From Alphaproteobacteria bacterium (lineage in GTDB: Bacteria > Pseudomonadota > Alphaproteobacteria > Rhodobacterales > Rhodobacteraceae), in contig JAUIBL010000013.1 of NCBI GenBank assembly GCA_030428355.1, forward strand, positions 13,849-77,848: a stretch of DNA of 64,000 bases, read 5' to 3'. The notes under the pieces were generated by a model. The model worked only from the letters and a program-made list of their open reading frames with translations. It made no database searches and was not told the DNA's origin. Positions 10,366-19,894 of this stretch are shown piece by piece; position 1 is the first letter of the stretch; the number at the start of each line of letters is the position of its first letter. The position numbers and the translations under genes were made by a program.

Positions 10366-11538
10366 TCAACCCTCTAATTCGTTCATAATTTCGTCGGCTC
10401 GTACCCGTGCGAGATGGTCTAGCTGCAACACGTTATCAAGGGTGATGGCGGCATCAATATGACCGGGATGGGCCGAAACTCTGCTCAGAACCTCTTCCAC
10501 AACCACGGCGATCTGCTGAAATCCAATGCGTTTGGCGATGAAGCCATCCAGCGCCCGTTCCTTGGCTGCATTGAAACACGCCCCCGCCAATCCGCCGGTC
10601 GCCATCACCTCGCGCGCAAGGCGGAGCGCGGGCCAGCGGGTCTCGTCTGCAGGACGGAAGGTGAGCTTCCCTAGCTTGACCAGATCAAGCCGTTCGACCG
10701 GCAGGGATTTGCGCTCTGGGTAGTGCAGCGCAAAGCCAATGGCATGCCGCATGTCCGGTGGCCCGACATGAGCCATCAGCGCGCCATCGCGGAATCCGAC
10801 CAGCGCGTGGATCATGGATTCCGGGTGAACAACCGCTTCGATGCGCGCGGGATCAATCTGGAAAAACTCTTTTGTCTCAATCAGCTCCAGGGCTTTGTTG
10901 AACATCGACGCGCTGTCGATGGTGATCCGCTGGCCCATGTCCCAGTTCGGATGGGTCGCCGCCTGTTCCGGCGTCGCTGTCGCGAGGTCTTCAAGCGGCC
11001 AATCCCGGAACGCGCCACCCGACGCGGTGATGATCACCCGCTCCACGGCGCTGATGTCTTCCCCGATCAAGGCCTGAAACACCGCCGAATGTTCGCTGTC
11101 GACTGGCAGGATCGCCGCGCCGTGCGCCTGTGCGGTCGACAGCATCAGCGGACCGGCGCAGACCATGCTTTCCTTGTTCGCCAAAGCAAGGCTTGCCCCC
11201 TGTTCCAGCGCCCGCAAGCCCGGTGCGAGACCGGCAGAGCCGACAATCGACGACATGACCCAATCTGCCGGACGGCTTGCCGCCTCGACCAGGGCCGAGG
11301 GGCCAGCCGCGGCCTCGATCCCGGTTCCGTCCAATGCCGCGCGCAACTCGTCCAGACGGGCGGGATCGGCTGTCACGGCAATCTCGGCACCAAAGGCGAT
11401 GGCATCGCCCGCAAGTTGGGCAATGTTTCGATCCCCCGTCAGGGCAACCACCTTGTAGGCGTCGCGGTCGCGTCCGATCAGATCCAGCGTGTTCTGTCCG
11501 ATGGAGCCCGTGGCTCCGAAAATCGTAATCCGCCTCAT
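10366..11538 (-). CDS. dxr: 1-deoxy-D-xylulose-5-phosphate reductoisomerase
   Basis: GATGSIG, LANKES, PVDSEH, HPNWDMG. Confidence 0.97.
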   Translation of the reverse strand: MRRITIFGATGSIGQNTLDLIGRDRDAYKVVALTGDRNIAQLAGDAIAFGAEIAVTADPARLDELRAALDGTGIEAAAGPSALVEAASRPADWVMSSIVGSAGLAPGLRALEQGASLALANKESMVCAGPLMLSTAQAHGAAILPVDSEHSAVFQALIGEDISAVERVIITASGGAFRDWPLEDLATATPEQAATHPNWDMGQRITIDSASMFNKALELIETKEFFQIDPARIEAVVHPESMIHALVGFRDGALMAHVGPPDMRHAIGFALHYPERKSLPVERLDLVKLGKLTFRPADETRWPALRLAREVMATGGLAGACFNAAKERALDGFIAKRIGFQQIAVVVEEVLSRVSAHPGHIDAAITLDNVLQLDHLARVRADEIMNELEG

Positions 11539-12323
11539 TGGGTCCCCGGTGGAAAACCGACAAGTTGCCCGGCGATCACGATGAACAGCGCAGCCCCCAG
11601 CATGCCATCGAACCGATCCAGCAGACCGCCATGGCCGGGGATCAGGTGCGAACTGTCCTTGACCCCTGCCCGGCGCTTGATGGCGCTTTCGGCGATGTCA
11701 CCAATCTGGCTGGCCATGCTGACCGCGATGCTGACCCCGATCAGACCATACCCGGCCTGCGTGGTGCTGGCGAAAAACGCCGCAACAACGGATGAGCCCA
11801 GCCATCCCGCCACTGTGCCCGACCATGTTTTCTTCGGGCTGACACGTGGCCAGAGCTTTGGCCCACCGATCAGACGACCAGCGAAATACCCGGCGATGTC
11901 GGTGACCACCACGACCAGCAACAGCCAGACCATCCATGTCAGACCGAAATCGTCCCGCAGCGACATCAGGCCATATCCGGCCAGCAGGATAAAGGCGGTG
12001 AAGACGGCATAGGTGACGCCGCCCCGCTCCATCCGGCCCAGGCCCAGCATCGAGGGCATCAGCAACAAAGGCAGCGCCAAAGACGGCGGAAGCTCGATCG
12101 CGATCATCGACACGATGGCCGACACGACGGCAAGGATCGTCGGCGACTTGCTGCGCGCGGTGTCGAGCATCGTCACCAGTTCCCAGACCATCAGACCGAC
12201 AACGATCGAGATCAGACCGTGGAACCAAAGACCGCCCAGCCAGACACCCAACGCGCCCACGGCCACCATCGCCACGGCCGAAATCAGCCGCGGCGCAAGG
12301 TCGTCCCACTTGCCTGACGTCAT
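11535..12323 (-). CDS. cdsA: Phosphatidate cytidylyltransferase
   Basis: SPKKTWSG, ESAIKRRAGVKDS, PGHGGLLDRFD; ATG overlaps uppS stop. Confidence 0.95.
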   Translation of the reverse strand: MTSGKWDDLAPRLISAVAMVAVGALGVWLGGLWFHGLISIVVGLMVWELVTMLDTARSKSPTILAVVSAIVSMIAIELPPSLALPLLLMPSMLGLGRMERGGVTYAVFTAFILLAGYGLMSLRDDFGLTWMVWLLLVVVVTDIAGYFAGRLIGGPKLWPRVSPKKTWSGTVAGWLGSSVVAAFFASTTQAGYGLIGVSIAVSMASQIGDIAESAIKRRAGVKDSSHLIPGHGGLLDRFDGMLGAALFIVIAGQLVGFPPGTQ

Positions 12324-13045
12324 GCCACCACAGCGCCGAAACGGCGTTCGCGTGTACCGAAACCGCCAACAACCGAGCGGAACTCGTCGGCAGTGAAATC
12401 CGGCCACAGCGTGTCGATGAATTCGTATTCCGAATAAGCGGACTGCCAGAGAAGAAAGTTGGAAATCCGCGCCTCTCCGCTGGTGCGGATCACAAGGTCG
12501 GGATCAGGTAAAACGCAGGTATCCAAATACTTTGGCAGCGTTTCTTCATCTACATCTTCAGGGCTCAGACGCCCTTCGGCCACGTCACGCGCAAGACGTT
12601 TTGTGGCGCGGGCCACCTCGTCCCGGCCGCCATAATTGATCGCGATGGTCAGGTTCACGGTCCGGCAATTCGCCGTCAGCGCCTCAAGCTCGTCCATCAT
12701 GGCGACCAACTTTGCATCGAGCCGAACACGGTCTCCGATGAAGCGGACGCAGACATCATTGGCCTTGAGCGCCTTGGCCTCTCGGGTGATGTAGCGCCGG
12801 AAGAGGTTCATCAGACCCGCAACTTCGGACTGGGTGCGTTTCCAGTTCTCGGTCGAGAAGGCAAAAACGGTCAGGTAATCCACTCCGAGATCGGGACAGG
12901 CCTCGACGATCTCGCGCACGCGGCGCGCACCGGCCTGATGCCCGAACAGACGCGGACGCCCGCGCTGGGTGGCCCAGCGTCCATTGCCGTCCATGATGAT
13001 CGCCACGTGTCGGGGACCGTCGTCTTTTGTATTGGGCTGAGGCAT
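12320..13045 (-). CDS. uppS: Undecaprenyl diphosphate synthase
   Basis: HVAIIMDGNGRWA, FSTENWKR, IRTSGEARISNFLLWQ; start MPQPNT. Confidence 0.96.
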   Translation of the reverse strand: MPQPNTKDDGPRHVAIIMDGNGRWATQRGRPRLFGHQAGARRVREIVEACPDLGVDYLTVFAFSTENWKRTQSEVAGLMNLFRRYITREAKALKANDVCVRFIGDRVRLDAKLVAMMDELEALTANCRTVNLTIAINYGGRDEVARATKRLARDVAEGRLSPEDVDEETLPKYLDTCVLPDPDLVIRTSGEARISNFLLWQSAYSEYEFIDTLWPDFTADEFRSVVGGFGTRERRFGAVVA

Positions 13046-13071
13046 CGGGCCGACGTCCTGTGTTCCGGTCC

Positions 13072-13635
13072 TCAGACCTGCATGATCTCTTCCTGCTTTG
13101 TCTCCAAAGCAGCGTCGATCTTCTTGATATAAGCGTCCGTCAGGTCCTGAACCTCGGCTTCCCAGAATTTCTGGTCGTCTTCGGACAGACCGTCTGCCTT
13201 GGCCTTCTTGATCTGGTCCATACCGTCGCGCCGGATGTTGCGGACCGATACGCGGGCGTGTTCGGCATATTGTCCGGCAACCTTGCCCAGCTCGCGGCGG
13301 CGTTCCTCGTTCAGTTCGGGGATCGGCAGCATGATGATCGTGCCGTTGAGCTGCGGGTTGATGCCCAGACCGCTTTCGCGGATCGCCTTCTCGACCTTGC
13401 CGACCAGACCCTTGTCCCACACGTTGATCGTGACCATCCGGGGCTCGGGCACGTTCACGGTGCCCACCTGATTGATCGGGGTCATGCTGCCATAGGCATC
13501 GACCATCACGGGTTCCAGCATGGACGCGCTGGCCCGCCCGGTGCGAAGAGAGGCGAATTCCGTGCGCAGGTTCGCCATCGCACCATCCATGCGGCGCGTC
13601 AGATCATCGGTATCGAGAATGAAGTCGTCTGCCAT
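13072..13635 (-). CDS. frr: Ribosome recycling factor
   Basis: [28 protein letters not shown]. Confidence 0.97.
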   Translation of the reverse strand: MADDFILDTDDLTRRMDGAMANLRTEFASLRTGRASASMLEPVMVDAYGSMTPINQVGTVNVPEPRMVTINVWDKGLVGKVEKAIRESGLGINPQLNGTIIMLPIPELNEERRRELGKVAGQYAEHARVSVRNIRRDGMDQIKKAKADGLSEDDQKFWEAEVQDLTDAYIKKIDAALETKQEEIMQV

Positions 13636-13750
13636 AAGGCCCTCAACAGCGGTTTTTGTGCTTTGTGTCGCGTTTTATGCCACGCGTGCCTGAAAGTATA
13701 GCGCCTTGCGTCACTGTCGTTCAGCCGGGTGCCGCGCTGTGACGGTTTCG

Positions 13751-14515
13751 TCAAGCCGCCTCGCCCGCTCCGGCCTTTGATCCGCCATGCACCTTGGTGT
13801 ATGTGCCGTCCCCCGCAAGGATGCCCCGGAAGCCGCCCGGTTCGTCAAGAGAGAAGACAATGATCGGCAGGCTGTTGTCGCGCGCCAGTGCGATGGCCGA
13901 GGCATCCATCACCTTGAGGTTCTTTTGCAGAACTTCGTCATAGGTGACCGTGTCGTACCGCTTGGCATCGGGATTGGTGCGCGGGTCCTTGTCATAGATG
14001 CCGTCGACCCCGTTCTTGCCCATCAGGATCGCTTCGCAGTTCATTTCATTCGCGCGCAGCGCCGCCGCCGTGTCGGTGGTGAAATACGGGTTGCCCGTAC
14101 CGCCCGCAAACACACAGACGCGCTTTTTCTCAAGGTGACGTACGGCGCGACGGCGGATGTAAGGCTCGGCCACTTCGTCCATGCGAATGGCGGAAATCAC
14201 ACGGGTGAACACGCCCTGCTCTTCCAGCGCGGATTGCATGGCAAGCGCATTCATCACCGTGGCAAGCATCCCCATGTAATCGGCGGTCGTGCGCTCCATC
14301 CCCTGTGCGCTGCCTTGCAACCCGCGAAACACGTTGCCGCCACCGATCACCATGCAGATCTCGACACCCAGATCGTGGACCGATTTGACCTCTTGTGCGA
14401 TGCGCTGAACAGTGGGCGGGTGCAGACCGAACCCCTGATCGCCCATGAGGGCTTCGCCCGAAATCTTGAGCATCACACGTTTGTATTTCGGATGAGGGGT
14501 CTGGGTGTCCGCCAT
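13751..14515 (-). CDS. pyrH: Uridylate kinase
   Basis: [34 protein letters not shown]. Confidence 0.97.
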   Translation of the reverse strand: MADTQTPHPKYKRVMLKISGEALMGDQGFGLHPPTVQRIAQEVKSVHDLGVEICMVIGGGNVFRGLQGSAQGMERTTADYMGMLATVMNALAMQSALEEQGVFTRVISAIRMDEVAEPYIRRRAVRHLEKKRVCVFAGGTGNPYFTTDTAAALRANEMNCEAILMGKNGVDGIYDKDPRTNPDAKRYDTVTYDEVLQKNLKVMDASAIALARDNSLPIIVFSLDEPGGFRGILAGDGTYTKVHGGSKAGAGEAA

Positions 14516-14644
14516 GTTGCGCTCCGTTTCAACGAGAGTCTAAAGTTGCGTGCAACCTGTCGGAAAACCGGCTTAGGGGCAAGGCGAACTCGCCCCTTAC
14601 GTCAAACACGCCGCAGGGCAGATCGTCTTGAAGGAACACCACCC

Positions 14645-15541
14645 GTGCAGCAAAGCGTGTCAGACCGGATCGCAGCGACGGATCCGGCCCGACCGGTGCT
14701 GATTGCAGGCCCCACCGCCAGCGGCAAATCCGAGCTTGCCTTGCGCATCGCGGAAACCCAGGGCGGCGTGATCGTCAATGCCGATGCCATTCAGGTCTAT
14801 GCCGACTGGCGGGTTCTGACGGCGCGCCCGTCGTCCGAGGACGAAAAGCGCGCGCCGCATGCTCTGTACGGGCATGTGCCGGGCGACCGGCCCTATTCGG
14901 TCGGCGATTGGCTGCGCGATCTGGAGCCCCTTCTGACAGGCCGCCTGCGCCCGATCATCGTAGGCGGAACCGGGCTATACTTTACCGCACTCACGGAAGG
15001 TCTGGCACAGATACCGGCGACACCCGACGACATTCGCGCGACAGCGATGCTCCGGATCGAGACCGAAGGACATGGTTCCCTTTTGGCAGAACTTGACGCC
15101 GAAACCCGAAACCGGATCGACACAGCCAATCCGATGCGCGTGCAACGCGCGTGGGAGGTTCTGACCAACACAGGAAAAGGGCTTGCCGCGTGGCAGGATG
15201 ACACCGCACCCGCGCGTCTGCCGCTGTCCGGGACCACAGCCTTCGTTGTGAATGCAGACAAGGATTGGCTGACGCCACGGATCGAACGCCGCTTCGATCA
15301 GATGCTCGCAACCGGCGCTCTGGACGAGGCGCGCGCAAACCGCGCGACCTGGTCGCCGTCCCTGCCCTCTGCCAAGGCGATCGGTGCAGCGGAATTGATG
15401 GCCTATCTGGACGGCACGATGCCCCTTGAAGAGGCGCGCGACAGAGCGACGATCCTCACACGCCAATTTGCGAAACGGCAACGCACCTGGTTCCGCGCCC
15501 GGATGCGGGACTGGCATCAGGTTGACGCAAGGGAACTGTGA
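14645..15541 (+). CDS. miaA: tRNA dimethylallyltransferase
   Basis: [34 protein letters not shown]. Start set at GTG 14645; the ORF-track extension is antisense to pyrH. Confidence 0.95.
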   Translation: MQQSVSDRIAATDPARPVLIAGPTASGKSELALRIAETQGGVIVNADAIQVYADWRVLTARPSSEDEKRAPHALYGHVPGDRPYSVGDWLRDLEPLLTGRLRPIIVGGTGLYFTALTEGLAQIPATPDDIRATAMLRIETEGHGSLLAELDAETRNRIDTANPMRVQRAWEVLTNTGKGLAAWQDDTAPARLPLSGTTAFVVNADKDWLTPRIERRFDQMLATGALDEARANRATWSPSLPSAKAIGAAELMAYLDGTMPLEEARDRATILTRQFAKRQRTWFRARMRDWHQVDAREL

Positions 15542-15578
15542 CGGCGTTTTGCCTTCATGCCGCGATGCGCGCTTCGCA

Positions 15579-15616
15579 ATGTCGCAATAGCGCATGGCAG
15601 ATGTCGCAATCAGACC
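15579..15616. promoter_or_regulatory. Putative regulator-binding direct repeat
   Basis: ATGTCGCAAT at 15579 and 15601 (22-bp period) upstream of the ABC operon. Confidence 0.4.
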
Positions 15617-15755
15617 TCAAAAGGTCTAGACTGGCGATTGACGGGGCCAATCCGATCGGGCGCTATGTGGAAAAACAACGCGGCCGCAACCGGCCCCGCA
15701 AAGACTGCGCCTTTGAACCGGGCGCTTATAACATACGTGTCACAGGGAGAATCAG

Positions 15756-17423
15756 ATGACGCACACCACGCAGACGAAAACACTGCACCCCGCCGCACGG
15801 CTTTATGCCGATGAATACAAGGCCGGTCTGATGGACCGCCGCGAATTCCTGACGCGCGCAACCAGCCTGGGCGTCACCGCTGCCGCCGCTTACGGCATGA
15901 TCGGTCTGCCCCAGCCCGTGCAGGCACAGACAGCCAATATCAAGCAAGGCGGCACGCTGCGCATCCAGACGCTGATCAAGGCCATGAAAGACCCGCGCGC
16001 CTATGACTGGTCCGAGATCGGCAACCAGTCGCGCGGTTTCCTTGAGTACCTTGTCGAGTACCAGAACGACGGCTCGTTCCGCGGCATGCTGCTCGAAAGC
16101 TGGGAAGTCAGCGACGATGCCAAGACCTATACATTGAACGTCCGCCCCGGCGTGACTTGGAACAATGGCGATGCCTTCACCGCAGCCGATGTTGCGCGCA
16201 ACATCACCGGCTGGTGCGATTCCGCTATGGAAGGCAATTCGATGTCGGCACGTATGGGTGGGCTGATCGACGCCAACACTGGTCAAGCGCGCGACGGTGC
16301 CATCGAAGTGGTCGATGACCTGACCGTGCGCCTGAACCTGTCGGCCCCGGACATCGCGATTATTGCGAACATGTCGGACTACCCGGCGGCCATCGTACAC
16401 GAAAGCTATGATGGCGGTGATGTCTACGAGCATGGCATCGGCACCGGTCCGTTCCGCCCCGTCTCCATCGAAGTGGGTGTGAAAGCAGTGATCGAACGCG
16501 CCACCGACCACACCTGGTGGGGCACCGAGGTTCTGGGCGGCCCTTACCTCGACCGGATCGAATTCATCGACTACGGTACCGACCCGGCCTCGTGGCTGGC
16601 AGCGGCCGAATCCGGCGAAGTCGATCTGCTTTATGAATCGGTGGGCGACTTCATCGACATCCTCGACGCCATCGGCTGGACCAAGACCGAAACCGTCACC
16701 GCGGCGACGCTGGTCCACCGCTTCAACCAGCAGACCGAAGTTGACGGTCGCGTGCCCTATGCCGACCGCAACGTGCGCGTTGCGCTGGCGATGATGGTCG
16801 ACAACGCGGTCTGCCTCGAGCTGGGGTATAACGGTCGCGGTCAGGTGGCCGAGAACCACCATGTCTGCCCGATCCACCCGGCCTATGCCGATATCGGACC
16901 GGCACCGTTCGATCCGGCAGCGGGCAAGGCGATGCTCGACGGAACCGATTTCGCCGATTACGAGCACGAGCTGATCACGCTGGACGACGATTGGGAACGC
17001 AACACCGGGGCTTCGGTGCGGGCGCAGATCGCCGATGCCGGTGTGAACATCAAGCACACGGTTCTGCCCGGCTCGACCTTCTGGAACGACTGGACCAAGT
17101 TCCCGTTCAGCGCGACCACATGGAACCACCGTCCGCTCGACGTGCAGGTTCTGTCGCTGGCTTATCGCTCGGGCGAAGCATGGAACGAAAGCGGCTACGC
17201 CAACCCCGAGTTCGACGCTCTGATGGCGGACGCCCTGTCCATCGCCGATGCCGACAAGCGGCGCGAGGTGATGGCCAAGGTGCAGCAGACCCTGCGGGAT
17301 GACGGTGTGATGATCCAGCCGTTCTGGCGCTCGCTCTACAACCACCACAACGGCACCGTGGTGAACGCAGAGAAGCACCCGTCGCACGAGTTCCATCTCT
17401 ACAAGTTCGGGTTCGCGGCCTGA
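15756..17423 (+). CDS. Opp/Dpp-family ABC transporter substrate-binding protein (Tat signal)
   Basis: MDRREFL twin-arginine signal, [26 protein letters not shown]. Confidence 0.92.
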   Translation: MTHTTQTKTLHPAARLYADEYKAGLMDRREFLTRATSLGVTAAAAYGMIGLPQPVQAQTANIKQGGTLRIQTLIKAMKDPRAYDWSEIGNQSRGFLEYLVEYQNDGSFRGMLLESWEVSDDAKTYTLNVRPGVTWNNGDAFTAADVARNITGWCDSAMEGNSMSARMGGLIDANTGQARDGAIEVVDDLTVRLNLSAPDIAIIANMSDYPAAIVHESYDGGDVYEHGIGTGPFRPVSIEVGVKAVIERATDHTWWGTEVLGGPYLDRIEFIDYGTDPASWLAAAESGEVDLLYESVGDFIDILDAIGWTKTETVTAATLVHRFNQQTEVDGRVPYADRNVRVALAMMVDNAVCLELGYNGRGQVAENHHVCPIHPAYADIGPAPFDPAAGKAMLDGTDFADYEHELITLDDDWERNTGASVRAQIADAGVNIKHTVLPGSTFWNDWTKFPFSATTWNHRPLDVQVLSLAYRSGEAWNESGYANPEFDALMADALSIADADKRREVMAKVQQTLRDDGVMIQPFWRSLYNHHNGTVVNAEKHPSHEFHLYKFGFAA

Positions 17424-17438
17424 TCCGGTAACCTGACC

Positions 17439-17507
17439 CTGCCCTCCTGCCATGCAGGGGGGCAGACCGTGGACGAAACTCCACGCTCTGCGCGGCTCCG
17501 TGCGGAC
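17439..17507 (+). other. Intercistronic triple stem-loop
   Basis: CTGCCCTCCTGC-cat-GCAGGGGGGCAG, CGTGGA-cgaaac-TCCACG, TCTGCGCGG-ct-CCGTGCGGA between SBP and permease; no U-tract. Confidence 0.5.
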
Positions 17508-17530
17508 ATGACGAGGGAGACCCACCCGAC

Positions 17531-18586
17531 ATGGCTTTATTTCTGCTGCGACGCATCGCAACGATGCTTCTGACAGCCCTTTGTTTGACCTTTATCGTTT
17601 TCTGGCTCACCAATCTGGCCCCGAACCTCGAAAAGCTGGCCAAGAACCAGGGCAACGTCCGGATGACGGACGAACAGGTGGCAAGCTTTCTTCAGGATCG
17701 CGGCTATTCCCAACCCCTGCCCCTTAAGTACGCGCAATGGCTTGGCGTTGCCCCCGGCTGGGTGATCGAAGGCCGCGATGGCACTGTGCGGTCGCGCTGC
17801 AACGGTGTGCTTGAAAACGGTGTTATCCCCGAGGACGGGCGCAGCTTCTGCGGTGTCCTGCAGGGCGACTGGGGCTATTCGACGGTGTTTCAGGACAATG
17901 TCGGATCGATCATCGCCACGCGGCTGGGTCTGACCGGCAAGCTCATGTTCTGGGTGATGGTGGTCATGGTGCCCGGCGCGCTGATCATCGGCGTTCTGGC
18001 GGGCATGCGCGAAGGCAGCCGAACCGACCGGTCTCTCTCGACCGTGTCGATCCTCACCACCGCCACGCCGGAATACGTGTCAGGCGTCGTGTTCATCGCG
18101 GTTTTCGCCTCGACCGCCTTCGGCCTGCGCTGGTTCAACGGATCGGCGACCAGCGCGATGGAGGACGCCACCTTCGAGAACTTCACCCTGCCGGTGATGA
18201 CCATCGCGCTGTACGGCATGGGCTACATCGCCCGCATGACCCGCGCCTCGATGGCCGAGGTGATGACCGCACAATACATCCGCACCGCCCGCCTGAAAGG
18301 CGTCAGCTTTCCGAACATCGTGATGAAACACGCGCTGCGCAACGCGCTGATCGCGCCTTTCACGGTGATCATGCTGCAATTCCCGTGGCTGCTGAACGGC
18401 GTGGTGATCGTCGAGACCCTGTTCAACTACAAGGGCTTCGGCTGGACGCTGGTGCAGGCCGCAGGCAACAACGACATCGAATTGCTGCTCGGCGTGTCGG
18501 TTGTGTCGGTCTTCGTGGTGCTGATCACTCAGCTCATCTCGGACATCGGCTACGTGTACCTCAACCCGCGCATCAGCGTGTCCTGA
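17531..18586 (+). CDS. ABC transporter permease (DppB/OppB-like)
   Basis: GDWGYS, YIRTARLKG, KHALRNAL, VETLFNYKG. Confidence 0.93.
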   Translation: MALFLLRRIATMLLTALCLTFIVFWLTNLAPNLEKLAKNQGNVRMTDEQVASFLQDRGYSQPLPLKYAQWLGVAPGWVIEGRDGTVRSRCNGVLENGVIPEDGRSFCGVLQGDWGYSTVFQDNVGSIIATRLGLTGKLMFWVMVVMVPGALIIGVLAGMREGSRTDRSLSTVSILTTATPEYVSGVVFIAVFASTAFGLRWFNGSATSAMEDATFENFTLPVMTIALYGMGYIARMTRASMAEVMTAQYIRTARLKGVSFPNIVMKHALRNALIAPFTVIMLQFPWLLNGVVIVETLFNYKGFGWTLVQAAGNNDIELLLGVSVVSVFVVLITQLISDIGYVYLNPRISVS

Positions 18587-18603
18587 GCGGAAGGAATAAG
18601 ACT

Positions 18604-19797
18604 ATGGAACCGCTCGGTTGGTTTGACATCCTCACCCGCGTCTTCATCCAGTTCATGCCTGTCTGGGTGGCGCTGATCTCACTCTTCACCTTGTCGATCG
18701 TCTACAAGCGGCGGCTGGGGCTTTATGGCAAGCTCTTCGACAGCACCATCGGCATGATCGGGTTCGGCCTTGTCATGTTCTGGGTCTTCACTGGCATCTT
18801 CGGCGCCTTCGACCTGATCATCACCCATGATCCTCTGGCGCAGGTCTCGAGCATGAAGAACAAGCCCCCCGGCACCCCGATCATGGGCGCCGAGGACGGC
18901 CAGTACCCCTATTACCTCTTCGGAGGTGACAACCTTGCCCGCGACGTGTTCAGCCGCATGGTCAAGGGCGCGTGGGTGGTGGTGCAGATCGCGCCGCTGG
19001 CGACGCTCTTTGCCTTCATGGTGGGGATCACGCTGGGCCTGCCTGCGGGATATTACGGCGGCAAGCTCGACACGTTCCTGAGCTTTCTTGCCAACCTCAT
19101 CCTCGCCTTCCCGGTGATCCTGCTTTTCTACCTGCTGGTCACGCCGGAGATCGTGGATACGGGCATCCCCAACTACATGGCGATGGTCCTTTTCATCTTC
19201 CCGATCATCTTCGTCGCGGTGCTGCTCAATTCGCGCTACCGCACCCAACCGGCGGTGCGCACGCCGCTCTTGATCGGGGTGCTGGGGGTGATGGGATGGC
19301 TCTACCTGTCGCTGATCTCGCAACCCGGCACGGCGATCACTGTGCTGCCCGACGCAGTGGATCTCTTCAACCTGCAGGGTGGCATCCTCGTGGTGTTCGT
19401 CTCGGTGGTCTTCGTCAACTCGCCCACGGTGTTCCGCATCGTCCGGGGGTTGGCGATGGACATCAAGACCCGCGACTACGTGGCCGCCGCCCAGACGCGG
19501 GGCGAACGCCCGTGGTACATCATGCTGTGGGAGATCCTGCCCAACGCGCGCGGCCCGCTGATCGTCGATTTCTGCCTGCGGATCGGCTACACGACAATCC
19601 TTCTGGGAACGCTCGGCTTCTTCGGCCTCGGCCTGCCACCGGAAAGCCCGGACTGGGGCACCACGATCAATGACGGACGACGTCTGCTGCAGATCTACCT
19701 GCACCCGGCGATGGTGCCCGCCTTTGCGCTGCTGAGCATGGTGCTGGGGTTGAATTTGCTGGCCGATGGGCTGCGAGAGGAATCGTTGCGCGATTGA
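18604..19797 (+). CDS. ABC transporter permease (DppC/OppC-like)
   Basis: GGDNLARDVFSR, DYVAAAQTRG, ILPNA, FFGLGLPPESPDWG; start MEPLGW after AAGGA. Confidence 0.92.
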   Translation: MEPLGWFDILTRVFIQFMPVWVALISLFTLSIVYKRRLGLYGKLFDSTIGMIGFGLVMFWVFTGIFGAFDLIITHDPLAQVSSMKNKPPGTPIMGAEDGQYPYYLFGGDNLARDVFSRMVKGAWVVVQIAPLATLFAFMVGITLGLPAGYYGGKLDTFLSFLANLILAFPVILLFYLLVTPEIVDTGIPNYMAMVLFIFPIIFVAVLLNSRYRTQPAVRTPLLIGVLGVMGWLYLSLISQPGTAITVLPDAVDLFNLQGGILVVFVSVVFVNSPTVFRIVRGLAMDIKTRDYVAAAQTRGERPWYIMLWEILPNARGPLIVDFCLRIGYTTILLGTLGFFGLGLPPESPDWGTTINDGRRLLQIYLHPAMVPAFALLSMVLGLNLLADGLREESLRD

Positions 19798-19808
19798 GGA
19801 TGTGAGGA

Positions 19809-19856
19809 TTGGGGGCGCTGCCCCCAAACCCCCGGAGTTTACTTGGCAAGATGAAG
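19809..19856 (+). repeat. REP-like palindromic element
   Basis: TTGGGGGC-gct-GCCCCCAA hairpin then CCCCCGGAGTTT...AAGATGAAG; related to the element at 29804-29862. Confidence 0.55.
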
Positions 19857-19894
19857 AGAGACGGAAGTTTCCAGCTCCGACAGGGAGAGACGAG

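Noticed and set aside
12320-13420. Extended uppS ORF (366 aa) overlapping frr
   Set aside because: Upstream part is an alternate frame of frr; UppS motifs begin after ATG 13045
13787-14644. Apparent long N-terminal extension of miaA
   Set aside because: Overlaps pyrH antisense; MiaA similarity starts near 14645
15726-17561. 611-aa antisense ORF, and similar shadows at 28252-29841, 37219-38847, 44611-45963, 51483-53063, 58771-60063
   Set aside because: Each mirrors a well-supported gene on the other strand
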